From Fidelibacterota bacterium (lineage in GTDB: Bacteria; Fidelibacterota; Marinisomatia; Marinisomatales; JABMOV01), in NCBI GenBank assembly GCA_046861395.1, contig JBHHUC010000040.1, positions 1 to 18,696 on the forward strand: 18,696 bases of DNA. The letters are read 5' to 3'. Below are positions 1 to 9,081 of the stretch, piece after piece. The position numbers were made by a program, and so were the translations under genes. Under the pieces are notes generated by a model. It saw only the letters and a program-made list of their open reading frames with translations, was not told where the DNA came from and searched no databases. Every line of letters starts with the position of its first letter. Positions within the stretch are counted from its first letter, which is position 1.

Positions 1-2
1 AA

Positions 3-1004
3 TTCGGAGAAGACCTGGGAACTTTCACGTCCTACATGATGGCTGTTACCGGATCCTACAGTACGCTTTTATCGCATAAATCCTCCATAGGTCTCAATGC
101 CAAAATATCCTACCAACATCTAGCAGAAATTGGTGCCGGAAACGAAAAGGGAAAGGGAACATCCCTCGATTTCGGTTTTGATATCGGCTATTTGAATAAA
201 GCATTTCTTACTGATCGTCTGACTCTGGGATTGACCGTCACGAATATTGGGCCGAAAGTATCCTTTATTGATCCCGCTCAGGCTGATCCCCAACCGACCA
301 ACCTGACACTGGGATTCAATCTGAAAGTAGTGAATTCCGAATTCAATAAACTCAGTCTGGTCTATGATGTGAATAAATTATTGGTTTCGGCTTATCCTGA
401 CATGGACTGGGACGGGGATTATCGCATTGGGGGATATGACACCGATGGTAATTATAACGGTGAAGGCGACTACAGCAAGAAGGGGGATTTGGAAGTGGCT
501 CATAAAGATCCCATCTATCTTGCGATTTTCACATCCTGGGTGGATGACTGGCTATTGGGCGGTGATTTGGATATGGCCCCTACCAACGGTACAGCCGACC
601 GCCAGATTGGCGGCTGGGACTGGGTGGATATTAACGGTAATGGCATAATTGATATCGACTCCGAGACCAATGAATTGGTGCGAACCTCCGATGTCGAACC
701 GGGTGATCCAGGCTGGGGAAAATATAATGAATACGGCCAGAAGGAAGTGGGCTCCGGTGATGCTAGATCAATTCAGGATGAATTGGATAAACTGATCCAT
801 AACATTGGTTTTGAATACTGGTACTCCACCTATTTTGCCATACGCGGTGGTATTTTAATCGATAAAACGGGTAAAATATATAATCCGACCTTCGGTGTAG
901 GCTTACGTTTCGCCGATTATGGTTTTGACTTCGGCTATACCTCCGGTCAGCCCGGCCATCCCCTGACCAATACGATGCGCTTTTCCCTCAGCTGGACATT
1001 TTAA
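3..1004 (+). CDS. PorV/PorQ-family (FadL-like) outer-membrane beta-barrel, 5'-truncated
   Basis: The frame is open from base 3 (FGEDLGTFTSYMMAVTGSY), so the true start lies upstream of the window. PorV-like motifs: GLNAKISY, FDIGYL, GLTVTNIGPKVSF, QADPQP, GFEYWY..FAIRGG, TFGVGL, DFGY, HPLTNTMRFSL, terminal Phe. Confidence 0.8.
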   Translation, partial: FGEDLGTFTSYMMAVTGSYSTLLSHKSSIGLNAKISYQHLAEIGAGNEKGKGTSLDFGFDIGYLNKAFLTDRLTLGLTVTNIGPKVSFIDPAQADPQPTNLTLGFNLKVVNSEFNKLSLVYDVNKLLVSAYPDMDWDGDYRIGGYDTDGNYNGEGDYSKKGDLEVAHKDPIYLAIFTSWVDDWLLGGDLDMAPTNGTADRQIGGWDWVDINGNGIIDIDSETNELVRTSDVEPGDPGWGKYNEYGQKEVGSGDARSIQDELDKLIHNIGFEYWYSTYFAIRGGILIDKTGKIYNPTFGVGLRFADYGFDFGYTSGQPGHPLTNTMRFSLSWTF

Positions 1005-1022
1005 CCGGGACACCACGGACTC

Positions 1023-3854
1023 ATGACACATAAAGCCACCTGCAGATGGTTGTTTATCTGCCTGGTGAGTCTGGTTGGTTTTATCCATCCCCAAATCACG
1101 GGAAATAAAAGGATAGCTGCCATCCGTGTGGATTTTCCGGCGGATGACTCCCCCGGGACCACTGGCAACGGCCAATTCCTGCTGACGGCCGCCGGTCAGC
1201 AACTATGCGAAGGTTATACCCTGGATGCCCCGCCACACGACCGGGACTATTTCCGTTCACATTTAACCGCACTGGATCATTATTTCCGAAATGTATCGCA
1301 CGACCGATTGACCATAGATTTATTGAATTCTACCGTATTTCCGCTGGAGCAGAATGGCGCCTATACAGTTCCTCATGCAATGAATTATTATCATTCCTAC
1401 GGAGCGGATGATACTCAGAATGAACTACTCATTACCGAGCTGTTTCGAGATGCGGTTCAGGCTGCCTTTGACCGGGACAGCATTGATTTTTCTCTTTATG
1501 ATATTGTTATCGTCTTCCACGCCGGGATAGGACAGGACTTTGCTTTACCGTTCCTCGATCCTACACCGGAAGACATTCCATCAACCTACGTGGATAATAT
1601 GATGATCCAGACCCATCTCGGGCTTCCCGCCATTCCTGTGGGGGATGCCAATATTGCTGAAGGCATTATTTTACCGGAAACACAGAATCATCTTCTTTAC
1701 AACGAAATGGTGGATCTCTTCGGTTCCGAATTCTCTTCTTGTGATTACCAGTTTGCCCTGACCGGTACAGCGTCGCTGTTGACCGGATTCCTGCTGGGTT
1801 TTCCGCCATTGTGGAATACGGACACGGGGGAAAGTGGCATTGGTATTTTCGGTTTAATGGATCAGGGATCGAATAATGGTCGAGGTGTCATTCCCGCTCC
1901 ACCGGATGCCTGGACCCGTCTCTATGCCGACTGGGAATCTCCGCAGATCATTCCCTTGCATTCCCGGTTTGATGCCATAAAAAGACCAGCCGGTGAAATT
2001 GGGAAAATTGAATTGGGACCGGATGAATATTATTTGATTGAGAATCGTTCCAACGAAATCTACGATGGCGTTTCCATCGATTCCCTGCGGTACGCCATTT
2101 GGGAAAGAACAAACACATATCCACCGTATATTCAGGTGTTACTGGATTCGGTCCCGGTCACCCGGGATTCCAATGGTGTCATCATCACCGTACCAAATTA
2201 TGATATTGGTTTGCCAAACTCCGGTTTACTGATTTGGCATATCGATGACAAGGTTGTCCAGGCCGGAATAGCTTCCAATCACATTAATTCCGACCCGGAA
2301 CATCGGGGAATCGATCTGGTAGAAGCCGACGGAGCCAAGGATATCGGTTTCCAATCGGTTTTTCCCTTTAATGATCCCTCTGCTGGATATTTTGCCGATA
2401 TGTGGTATCAGGGAAACCTGGAGTATGTTCGTTTTAATCCGGATTATGCCAATACCAAAATCAGTTTTGGCCCTTATACCATTCCCGATACACGAACGTT
2501 TTCCGGCGCTGCCAGCTATATTGCCATCGATTCAATCGGATGGTATGCGGATACAATGTCGATTGTTGTGAATTCCGTTTTCCTGGCTTCCGGATTTCCC
2601 CGGTCCGATTTATATTTCCGCCTCAGTGCCGATCTCAATGGAGACGGTCAGTTGGAATTCATCGGCGGGAAAGATTCCTTGTGGATTGCCTCTGGTGCGA
2701 TGGATAATCGCAACCTGTTTTATCCCACGGAAAATCCAACCATAGTCGTCTTGGTCGGGCAGGATGGGGCTCCGGCCATCGGAGTTGTGGAAGAAAGGAT
2801 AGATTCCACCATTATCAGTGTCTATTCCTATGACGGCAGTTTGGCGTTACAGGTCTGGACGATCACCATTCCATCCCAGGTAGAACTGACCATTCAGGGA
2901 ACACGAACGGCACAGGCCGTTGAATTTGTTTTCGCAGACCGGATCGTTCGCTATGATGGAATGACGGAAGATGTCATTCCTGTTGTTCGGGACGTTTCCC
3001 GTCTTTACCGGGGACGAATCATGACAGGGGCCGGCGAAGTGGATTCCCTGGAATTATATTTGGATGAAAATGACATGGCCTATCTGAATGGACAGGCCCT
3101 GAGTGAAGTCGGTCGGGTCAAACAGGCCGGTATCCTTGATCTCAACCTGGATGGACAATTGGATGCTTTGCTTCTGGACAACTATGACAACTTCTATGCC
3201 CTGGATTCTCATGGCCTCAAATTGTCCGGATTCCCGGTGAGGCTGTCGAATGGAAGCCGCTGGTTGAGTCGGCAATTAGTGGGAGATGAGCGACCGGAAA
3301 TCGTCATTCAGGATAGTGTGGGCAATGTTCAGATATATGATTGGCAAGGGAATCTAGTGTATTCCATTGCTAACCCTACGACGGGACAGTTAATTCAGAT
3401 GGGTCGATACGCCGGGCAGAATGCATTCTTTACGCGCGATGCCGTATGGGTATTTGATAACGCTGCAGATACGGGGCATGAAAATGCCTGGGCCATGGTC
3501 ACCGGTTCTCCGATAGGTGATCGGATTTCTTTTGTTTCAACAGAAACAATTTCGGATTATTCTGATAATCTCCTGGATAAATCAAGGACCTACGTTTACC
3601 CAAACCCGGTCACGGAAGGGAAAACCACGTTTCGCATTACCACCACCGACGCCGATTATATAGAATGTGAAATCTTTGATATTGCCGGGTATTTTACTAC
3701 TTCCCGTCGCATCGATATTCCCAATGGTCAATCTCCGGTGGAATGGACCTGGATCACCACGCATATCGAACCGGGGGTTTATCTGGCCCGGGTAAAAGCG
3801 GTAAGGGGATCACGAAGTGCGGCCAAAACAATAAAAATCGGGATCATCAAATAA
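1023..3854 (+). CDS. Secreted protein: M6 (immune inhibitor A)-like domain lacking HExxH, FG-GAP-like repeats, T9SS type-A C-terminal sorting domain
   Basis: Signal-peptide-like N-terminus. M6-type motifs IRVDFP, IVFHAGIG, GLMDQG, EYYLIENR and GLLIWHIDD. DLNGDGQLE / DLNLDGQLD / SGFP repeats. C-terminal YVYPNP..IFDIAG..PGVYLARV..KIGIIK. Confidence 0.8.
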   Translation: MTHKATCRWLFICLVSLVGFIHPQITGNKRIAAIRVDFPADDSPGTTGNGQFLLTAAGQQLCEGYTLDAPPHDRDYFRSHLTALDHYFRNVSHDRLTIDLLNSTVFPLEQNGAYTVPHAMNYYHSYGADDTQNELLITELFRDAVQAAFDRDSIDFSLYDIVIVFHAGIGQDFALPFLDPTPEDIPSTYVDNMMIQTHLGLPAIPVGDANIAEGIILPETQNHLLYNEMVDLFGSEFSSCDYQFALTGTASLLTGFLLGFPPLWNTDTGESGIGIFGLMDQGSNNGRGVIPAPPDAWTRLYADWESPQIIPLHSRFDAIKRPAGEIGKIELGPDEYYLIENRSNEIYDGVSIDSLRYAIWERTNTYPPYIQVLLDSVPVTRDSNGVIITVPNYDIGLPNSGLLIWHIDDKVVQAGIASNHINSDPEHRGIDLVEADGAKDIGFQSVFPFNDPSAGYFADMWYQGNLEYVRFNPDYANTKISFGPYTIPDTRTFSGAASYIAIDSIGWYADTMSIVVNSVFLASGFPRSDLYFRLSADLNGDGQLEFIGGKDSLWIASGAMDNRNLFYPTENPTIVVLVGQDGAPAIGVVEERIDSTIISVYSYDGSLALQVWTITIPSQVELTIQGTRTAQAVEFVFADRIVRYDGMTEDVIPVVRDVSRLYRGRIMTGAGEVDSLELYLDENDMAYLNGQALSEVGRVKQAGILDLNLDGQLDALLLDNYDNFYALDSHGLKLSGFPVRLSNGSRWLSRQLVGDERPEIVIQDSVGNVQIYDWQGNLVYSIANPTTGQLIQMGRYAGQNAFFTRDAVWVFDNAADTGHENAWAMVTGSPIGDRISFVSTETISDYSDNLLDKSRTYVYPNPVTEGKTTFRITTTDADYIECEIFDIAGYFTTSRRIDIPNGQSPVEWTWITTHIEPGVYLARVKAVRGSRSAAKTIKIGIIK

Positions 3855-6815
3855 TTGAATCGTTCTATTTTTAGCCTGATTTGTTTGGTTGCCTTGATAC
3901 CGGTTTTATTGTCGGGCCAAGTTCAGTATAATCACCCGGAATTGAATTGGCATACAATCGAAACGGAACATTATTATATCCATTTTCATGATGAAACGGA
4001 ATGGACAGCCCGCGAAGGGGCGGAAGTTGCGGAAAAAATTTATCCTTCCATAACCGGATTGTATGAGCATGAACCTGAGAAAAAAACACATTTGATTTTC
4101 ATCGATACCGACGATTTCTCGAACGGCGCTGCGTATTATTATGATAATAAAATCTATATCTGGGCTACTCCTCTGGATTATGATTTACGTGGCAGTCATC
4201 GCTGGTTGCAGAATGTAATCACCCATGAATTCACGCATATTGTTTCGATTCAAAAAGCCATGAAGGCCGGAACGAAAATTCCCGGGGCCTATTTTCAGTG
4301 GATGGGGTATGAAGAATATAAACGAAAAGATGTTCTCTATGGTTTTCCCGATCGTCTGATGAGTTATCCCATCCCCGGTACGGTTGTTCCGCCCTGGCTG
4401 GCTGAGGGCGTCTCTCAGTACATGTATGACGGTTCCACCTGGGATACGTGGGATTCCCACCGTGATATGATTCTCCGTGATCGGGTTATGCATCAAAACC
4501 TGCTGTCATTTGACGAAATGAATTCATTCGGGAAAAGGGGAATCGGAAACGAATCGGTTTATAATGCCGGCTATGCTCTTTGTCGCTATATCGGTGTAAA
4601 ATATGGTTCGGATGCTTTTCGCATCATCATGGAGGAATTATCCCGACCCCTGCAGTTTTCCATAAACTCCGCCATGGAAAAAGCGATTGGCCGACCGGGA
4701 ACGGATGTCTATGATGATTTCGCTCGCACCCTGGACCAGCGATACACGATACTGACCCGATCAGTCAGGTCACATTCCCAAACTGGAAAGATATTGCTGC
4801 AGGACGGGACAACCAATATTCATCCGGTATGGAATCCCAACGGAACGGCCTTTGCCTATTTGTCGAATAAGAATGGGGATTATTTCGGTCAGACCGAATT
4901 ATTTGTTTATGATCTTGACACCGGGGAGGATAAGAAAATCCTGGGTGGTATTTCCAGTGCTGTATCCTGGCATCCGGGCGGCAAGAAACTCTATATCAGC
5001 CGACGACCAGAGCAACCAAACCGCCACGGGTCCCGGTTTTACGATATTTATGAATATGATTTAATAACGGAGAAAGACAAGCGCCTAACCGTTGATGCCC
5101 GCGCTTTTTCTCCCGTTTTCATTCCGGGGGATTCAACCCTGGCTTATCTGGGGACTTATGATGGCGGCCAGAATATTCATTTTATAAAACTTGCGACAGG
5201 GGAGAGATATCAGTTGACCGATTTCAAGGATCACCGCATGATTCATTCCCTGATATATGTGGCGGCGGAAAATAAATTGATTTTCGATTATACGAATAAT
5301 CATTACCGCAATATTGGCTATTATTCCTTTTCCGATTCTAGTCTGGGGGACCTGTTGAGCGAGCCATTATGGGATGAACGGAACCTTACTATTACTACCG
5401 ACGGAAAAATCGTGTATGCCGATGACCGGACCGGTATTTATAATCTTTATCTGCTGAACCCAGCGACAGGGGAACAAGGTTTTATTACGAATGTATTGGG
5501 CGGCGCCTTCATGCCTTCCGTTTCTCCGCAGGGAAAAATTCTATATTCATTATATGATAACGGAAGATATAACATAGCATTACTGGATACAGTTAAAGTT
5601 TTGCCTGATACGGTGGTTGGCTATTCACCTCTTTTTTACCTACGTAATGAAGGGATAGCTGAACCATTGCAAGGCATGAATCAGGATACGGCGGTTACGT
5701 ATCATGATCAATTCGCCGAAATGTTTATCATGCCCAAACTTATGGTGGATTACGGGACTTTCAAGCCGGGAATATATTTTTATTCTGGTGAAATTATCGA
5801 TCGGCTTACGTTGTTCGGCGGGGCTTCCATAAACCGCGTCAATGATCTGGATTTGTTTTTTCTGTTTGAGTTTAAACGTTTTTATCCCACCGTATTTCTG
5901 GAATCCTTTTACCTGACACGGAATATCCGTGAAAACGATGTTTATTCGGTTTATCATCTGGATAACAATATTCGTTATCGCATGACATATTTTCGTGGTG
6001 GATTACGTTTTCCCATTCGGGGACGCCACAGTCTGGAAATGACCACTGCCTGGCAGGTCTATCGTGCATTCATTGATCAATCCGTGCCCGGCACAACAAT
6101 TCAGGCCGGGTTTGCCTATGATTATTATCGGGGTTGGGTGGGAGGCCTGCACTGGCAGACTGTCGCCCGAAAACCACGCTTTGACGGCAATATCAATCCG
6201 TCCAACGGTTTTCGCCTGGATGTGAATCTGAATTATGAGAAAAATGATTTCATCGAAGGATTAAATCTCTCCGATGCCGGAACCATTATCCCCGAATACA
6301 GTAAAGCCAATAACCTGTTGCGGCTGGAAGGGGAAAGTGAATATTCGCTGGAAATCCCCCGAACCAACCGCTGGACCGTATCTTTGCAAACAAAAATTGG
6401 TTGGATGAATAATACCGAAGCCGATTCGTTCTTCAACTTTTTTGCCGGCGGACTATATGGCATCAAAGGATATCCCTTTTACAGTATCGAAGGCAATCGC
6501 CTGGCCACCGGATCGCTTATTTTCCGTATTCCTCTTTTCCGGGAAAAACAAATTCATATCGGCTGGGTGCATTTCCAGAATTCAGTCCTGGGATTCGAAT
6601 ACCAGTACGGGGATGCCTGGAGCGATCGATTCGCGGCGAAACCATCTCTGGGAATTCAATGGCGAATCAATGGCTATTCCTTTTATAATTTCCCCACTGC
6701 AATTGGCCTTGAAGTCCATAGAGGTCTAACAAGCATTCATAATCAAGTCAATGATCAGGTGTACACCTATGGTAAAGAAAACAGATATTATTTCACACTT
6801 TTATTCGGCTTTTAA
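3855..6815 (+). CDS. Gluzincin (peptidase MA-like) + TolB/PD40 beta-propeller + C-terminal outer-membrane beta-barrel fusion
   Basis: TTG start immediately after the previous TAA, with a signal peptide. HEFTH (4224-4238) and downstream PPWLAEGVSQY. PD40-like blades (HPVWNPNG, VSWHPGG, MPSVSPQG). FFAGGLYGIKGYPFYS resembles the Omp85 GG..RGY loop, and the protein ends YYFTLLFGF. Confidence 0.78.
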   Translation: MNRSIFSLICLVALIPVLLSGQVQYNHPELNWHTIETEHYYIHFHDETEWTAREGAEVAEKIYPSITGLYEHEPEKKTHLIFIDTDDFSNGAAYYYDNKIYIWATPLDYDLRGSHRWLQNVITHEFTHIVSIQKAMKAGTKIPGAYFQWMGYEEYKRKDVLYGFPDRLMSYPIPGTVVPPWLAEGVSQYMYDGSTWDTWDSHRDMILRDRVMHQNLLSFDEMNSFGKRGIGNESVYNAGYALCRYIGVKYGSDAFRIIMEELSRPLQFSINSAMEKAIGRPGTDVYDDFARTLDQRYTILTRSVRSHSQTGKILLQDGTTNIHPVWNPNGTAFAYLSNKNGDYFGQTELFVYDLDTGEDKKILGGISSAVSWHPGGKKLYISRRPEQPNRHGSRFYDIYEYDLITEKDKRLTVDARAFSPVFIPGDSTLAYLGTYDGGQNIHFIKLATGERYQLTDFKDHRMIHSLIYVAAENKLIFDYTNNHYRNIGYYSFSDSSLGDLLSEPLWDERNLTITTDGKIVYADDRTGIYNLYLLNPATGEQGFITNVLGGAFMPSVSPQGKILYSLYDNGRYNIALLDTVKVLPDTVVGYSPLFYLRNEGIAEPLQGMNQDTAVTYHDQFAEMFIMPKLMVDYGTFKPGIYFYSGEIIDRLTLFGGASINRVNDLDLFFLFEFKRFYPTVFLESFYLTRNIRENDVYSVYHLDNNIRYRMTYFRGGLRFPIRGRHSLEMTTAWQVYRAFIDQSVPGTTIQAGFAYDYYRGWVGGLHWQTVARKPRFDGNINPSNGFRLDVNLNYEKNDFIEGLNLSDAGTIIPEYSKANNLLRLEGESEYSLEIPRTNRWTVSLQTKIGWMNNTEADSFFNFFAGGLYGIKGYPFYSIEGNRLATGSLIFRIPLFREKQIHIGWVHFQNSVLGFEYQYGDAWSDRFAAKPSLGIQWRINGYSFYNFPTAIGLEVHRGLTSIHNQVNDQVYTYGKENRYYFTLLFGF

Positions 6816-7722
6816 ACAAACGGGACTGCCGGCGTTGTGTGTCCTCGGGATTCTCATGGCCGGAAACCCAATGGCTCGTTACGACTATCGCTATGCCACA
6901 CGGTTCAGCATATTGCCGGGCGATTCGGTCATTACAAAGGATTCCCTGGCTGCAACTCCCATCTATCCCGGAAGGCCCATGCTCATGTCCCTGATTATCC
7001 CCGGCACGGGTCAGGCATACAATCATGATTCCTGGCTGAAAATCGGCGCCATGGCCGGCGTGGAAATTTCCAGCCTGGTGGCCTATGGTGTCTTATTGAA
7101 GAAAGCCAACGGGTTGCAGCGGGATTATGAAAATTTTGCTGATGATAACTGGAGTCTGTCCGATTGGGTGACCAATACGAATAATCCACCGGATTCAAAA
7201 TTCCTGGAATATAACGATTTCCGCATTGACGGTACCCATAGTCTGCTCCTTCATCTAACCGGTGATTTATTGAATGATTACAATGAATTTGTCGCTTCCG
7301 ATTCGCTGGTCATCCATCCCGACTGGGCCCTGAACCCCGATGTAAGTGTGGTGCGCGACCGGGATTTCTATGAAAATATTGGTAAATACGATCAGTTTGT
7401 CGGGGGATGGAGTGATTTTACCACCGAATGGCTGATAGAAGAAAAAGATGTAGGCGGTGATTCAATCGAAATCATATTGTCAACGAAGAAGAAAGACAAA
7501 TATGTCGAAATGCGGTATGAAAATAACCGATACCTGAAAATAGCCAATTATGCCATGACAGCGACGCTTTTCAATCATGTCTGGAGTGCCATCGATGCCG
7601 TCATCGTTGCTAATCGCCGGAACAAGGAAAAGGGAACGGAGATTAAGACCGATGTGGGCTTACTTTATGATCCCCACACGAAATATGGCATCGGCGGTAT
7701 ATCATTATCACTGCAATTCTAA
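6769..7722 (+). CDS. DUF5683-like membrane/outer-membrane hypothetical protein
   Basis: Motif LMSLIIPGTGQAYN..WLK, then SAIDAV and C-terminal GISLSLQF. Start is uncertain: 6769 was chosen (AGGT 8 nt upstream, MVKK followed by a hydrophobic segment), but 6751 or a later start is possible. Confidence 0.6.
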   Translation: MVKKTDIISHFYSAFKQTGLPALCVLGILMAGNPMARYDYRYATRFSILPGDSVITKDSLAATPIYPGRPMLMSLIIPGTGQAYNHDSWLKIGAMAGVEISSLVAYGVLLKKANGLQRDYENFADDNWSLSDWVTNTNNPPDSKFLEYNDFRIDGTHSLLLHLTGDLLNDYNEFVASDSLVIHPDWALNPDVSVVRDRDFYENIGKYDQFVGGWSDFTTEWLIEEKDVGGDSIEIILSTKKKDKYVEMRYENNRYLKIANYAMTATLFNHVWSAIDAVIVANRRNKEKGTEIKTDVGLLYDPHTKYGIGGISLSLQF

Positions 7723-7732
7723 GGATAAATTG

Positions 7733-8497
7733 ATGAAAAAACTCATTATACTTTTTCTTTTGACTGGATTATGGTTGGGGTGTTCGTCATCGAAACCTGA
7801 TTTAACCAGCAATTTCAATGCCCGGTTTGAAAAGGGAATGGAATACCTTGAAAAGAAAAAGTATCTCAGGGCTCAGGAAGAATTTAATTATGTTGCCATC
7901 AGTGGCGGCCATACCGAACTGGGTGACGATGCTTTGTTCTATTTGGGGGAAGCATATTTCAGGAATAAAGAATATATTCTGGCACGGGCCGAATACGACC
8001 GCCTGGTCCGCCGCATGAGTTTCAGTCCGTTTCTGGAGCAAGCCCGCTGGCGCATTTGTCAGTGTTATGTCAACGAATCCCCCAAATATTACCATGATCA
8101 GACCAGCACGGAAAAGGCGCTGGATAAACTCCAGGAGTTTATAGAGGATTTTCCTACCTCGGAATATCGTGAGGAGGCGGGAAAAACCATGGTGGAATTA
8201 CGGGAAAAGCTGGGGATGAAGGCCTATCAGACCGGAATCCTGTATATCAAGCTGGGCGCTTATGACTCGGCAATTTTGGCCTTCGAACAGGTTCTCCAGA
8301 ATTATTATGACACCGACCTGGTGCCGCAAGCCCATGCCGGTATTATTCAAAGCCATTGCCTGGTACTGAATGTGGCAGAGGCGGAGTCGTATTATGCCGG
8401 TGTACGGGAAATAATTAAAGAGGCGGGATTGGAAGATGATGTAAATTCTTACCTGGAGAAGGCCCGAAAAAAATTGGCCAGAAAGAACCGGAAATGA
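7733..8497 (+). CDS. bamD: Outer-membrane protein assembly lipoprotein BamD
   Basis: AAGGA at 7721, then ATG 7733 giving MKKLIILFLLTGLWLGC (lipobox-like, Cys17). TPR helices, SPKYYHDQTST..A...Q.FIEDFP.SEY, and LYIKLGAYDSA. Confidence 0.88.
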   Translation: MKKLIILFLLTGLWLGCSSSKPDLTSNFNARFEKGMEYLEKKKYLRAQEEFNYVAISGGHTELGDDALFYLGEAYFRNKEYILARAEYDRLVRRMSFSPFLEQARWRICQCYVNESPKYYHDQTSTEKALDKLQEFIEDFPTSEYREEAGKTMVELREKLGMKAYQTGILYIKLGAYDSAILAFEQVLQNYYDTDLVPQAHAGIIQSHCLVLNVAEAESYYAGVREIIKEAGLEDDVNSYLEKARKKLARKNRK

Positions 8498-9081
8498 AAA
8501 TTTGCCTGTTTGGGGGTACCTTTGATCCGCCGCATATCGGACACCTGCTGGTTGCACAGACCATTACGGAAGCGGAAAATTTTGATAAAATAGTATTTAT
8601 TCCGGCCTGGAAAGCACCGCACAAGCTGGAGAACCATATCACACCAATGAAGGACCGCTTGGCGATGCTGGAAAAAGCCATTGCGGATAATCCCCACTTT
8701 GAAATATCCGATATTGAGATTAAACGGGGTGGTATTTCCTATTCCCTTGATACAATTCTGGAATATAAAGAACAACATAACCTGACGCGAAAAGAGCTTT
8801 ATTTCCTGATTGGGAGCGATTCCCTGAAAGAATTTCATACCTGGCATAAGCCAAAACGTATTCTGGAAGAATGCCAGGTCATCGTGGCCCTGCGCCCCGG
8901 ATTTAACCCCACCACCATACAGAATTTCATCCTGCATGAGATCCAGTTTGCCAATATTCCCCGGTTTGAAGTGTCATCAACAAACATCCGTCGCCGCTGG
9001 CGCGAAAATAAAACAATCCGGTATATGGTAACCCAGCAGGTCTGGGATTATATCAACGATCATAATCTGTACGACAGATGA
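8494..9081 (+). CDS. nadD: Nicotinate-nucleotide adenylyltransferase
   Basis: GGTFDPPHIGH, SYSLDTI, FLIGSDS..F.TW and VSSTNIR. ATGA overlap with bamD. Confidence 0.95.
   Translation: MKICLFGGTFDPPHIGHLLVAQTITEAENFDKIVFIPAWKAPHKLENHITPMKDRLAMLEKAIADNPHFEISDIEIKRGGISYSLDTILEYKEQHNLTRKELYFLIGSDSLKEFHTWHKPKRILEECQVIVALRPGFNPTTIQNFILHEIQFANIPRFEVSSTNIRRRWRENKTIRYMVTQQVWDYINDHNLYDR

Noticed and set aside
36..38. ATG 36 as start of the PorV-like gene
   Set aside because: The frame is open to the window edge with family-like sequence and there is no signal peptide at 36, so the gene is truncated.
7577..7732. N-terminal extension of bamD in the ORF track
   Set aside because: It overlaps the upstream gene by 146 nt, and the SD and lipoprotein signal point to ATG 7733.
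8449..8937. 162-aa minus-strand ORF and the other short alternative-frame ORFs
   Set aside because: They overlap well-supported genes and show no recognisable motifs; treated as shadow ORFs.
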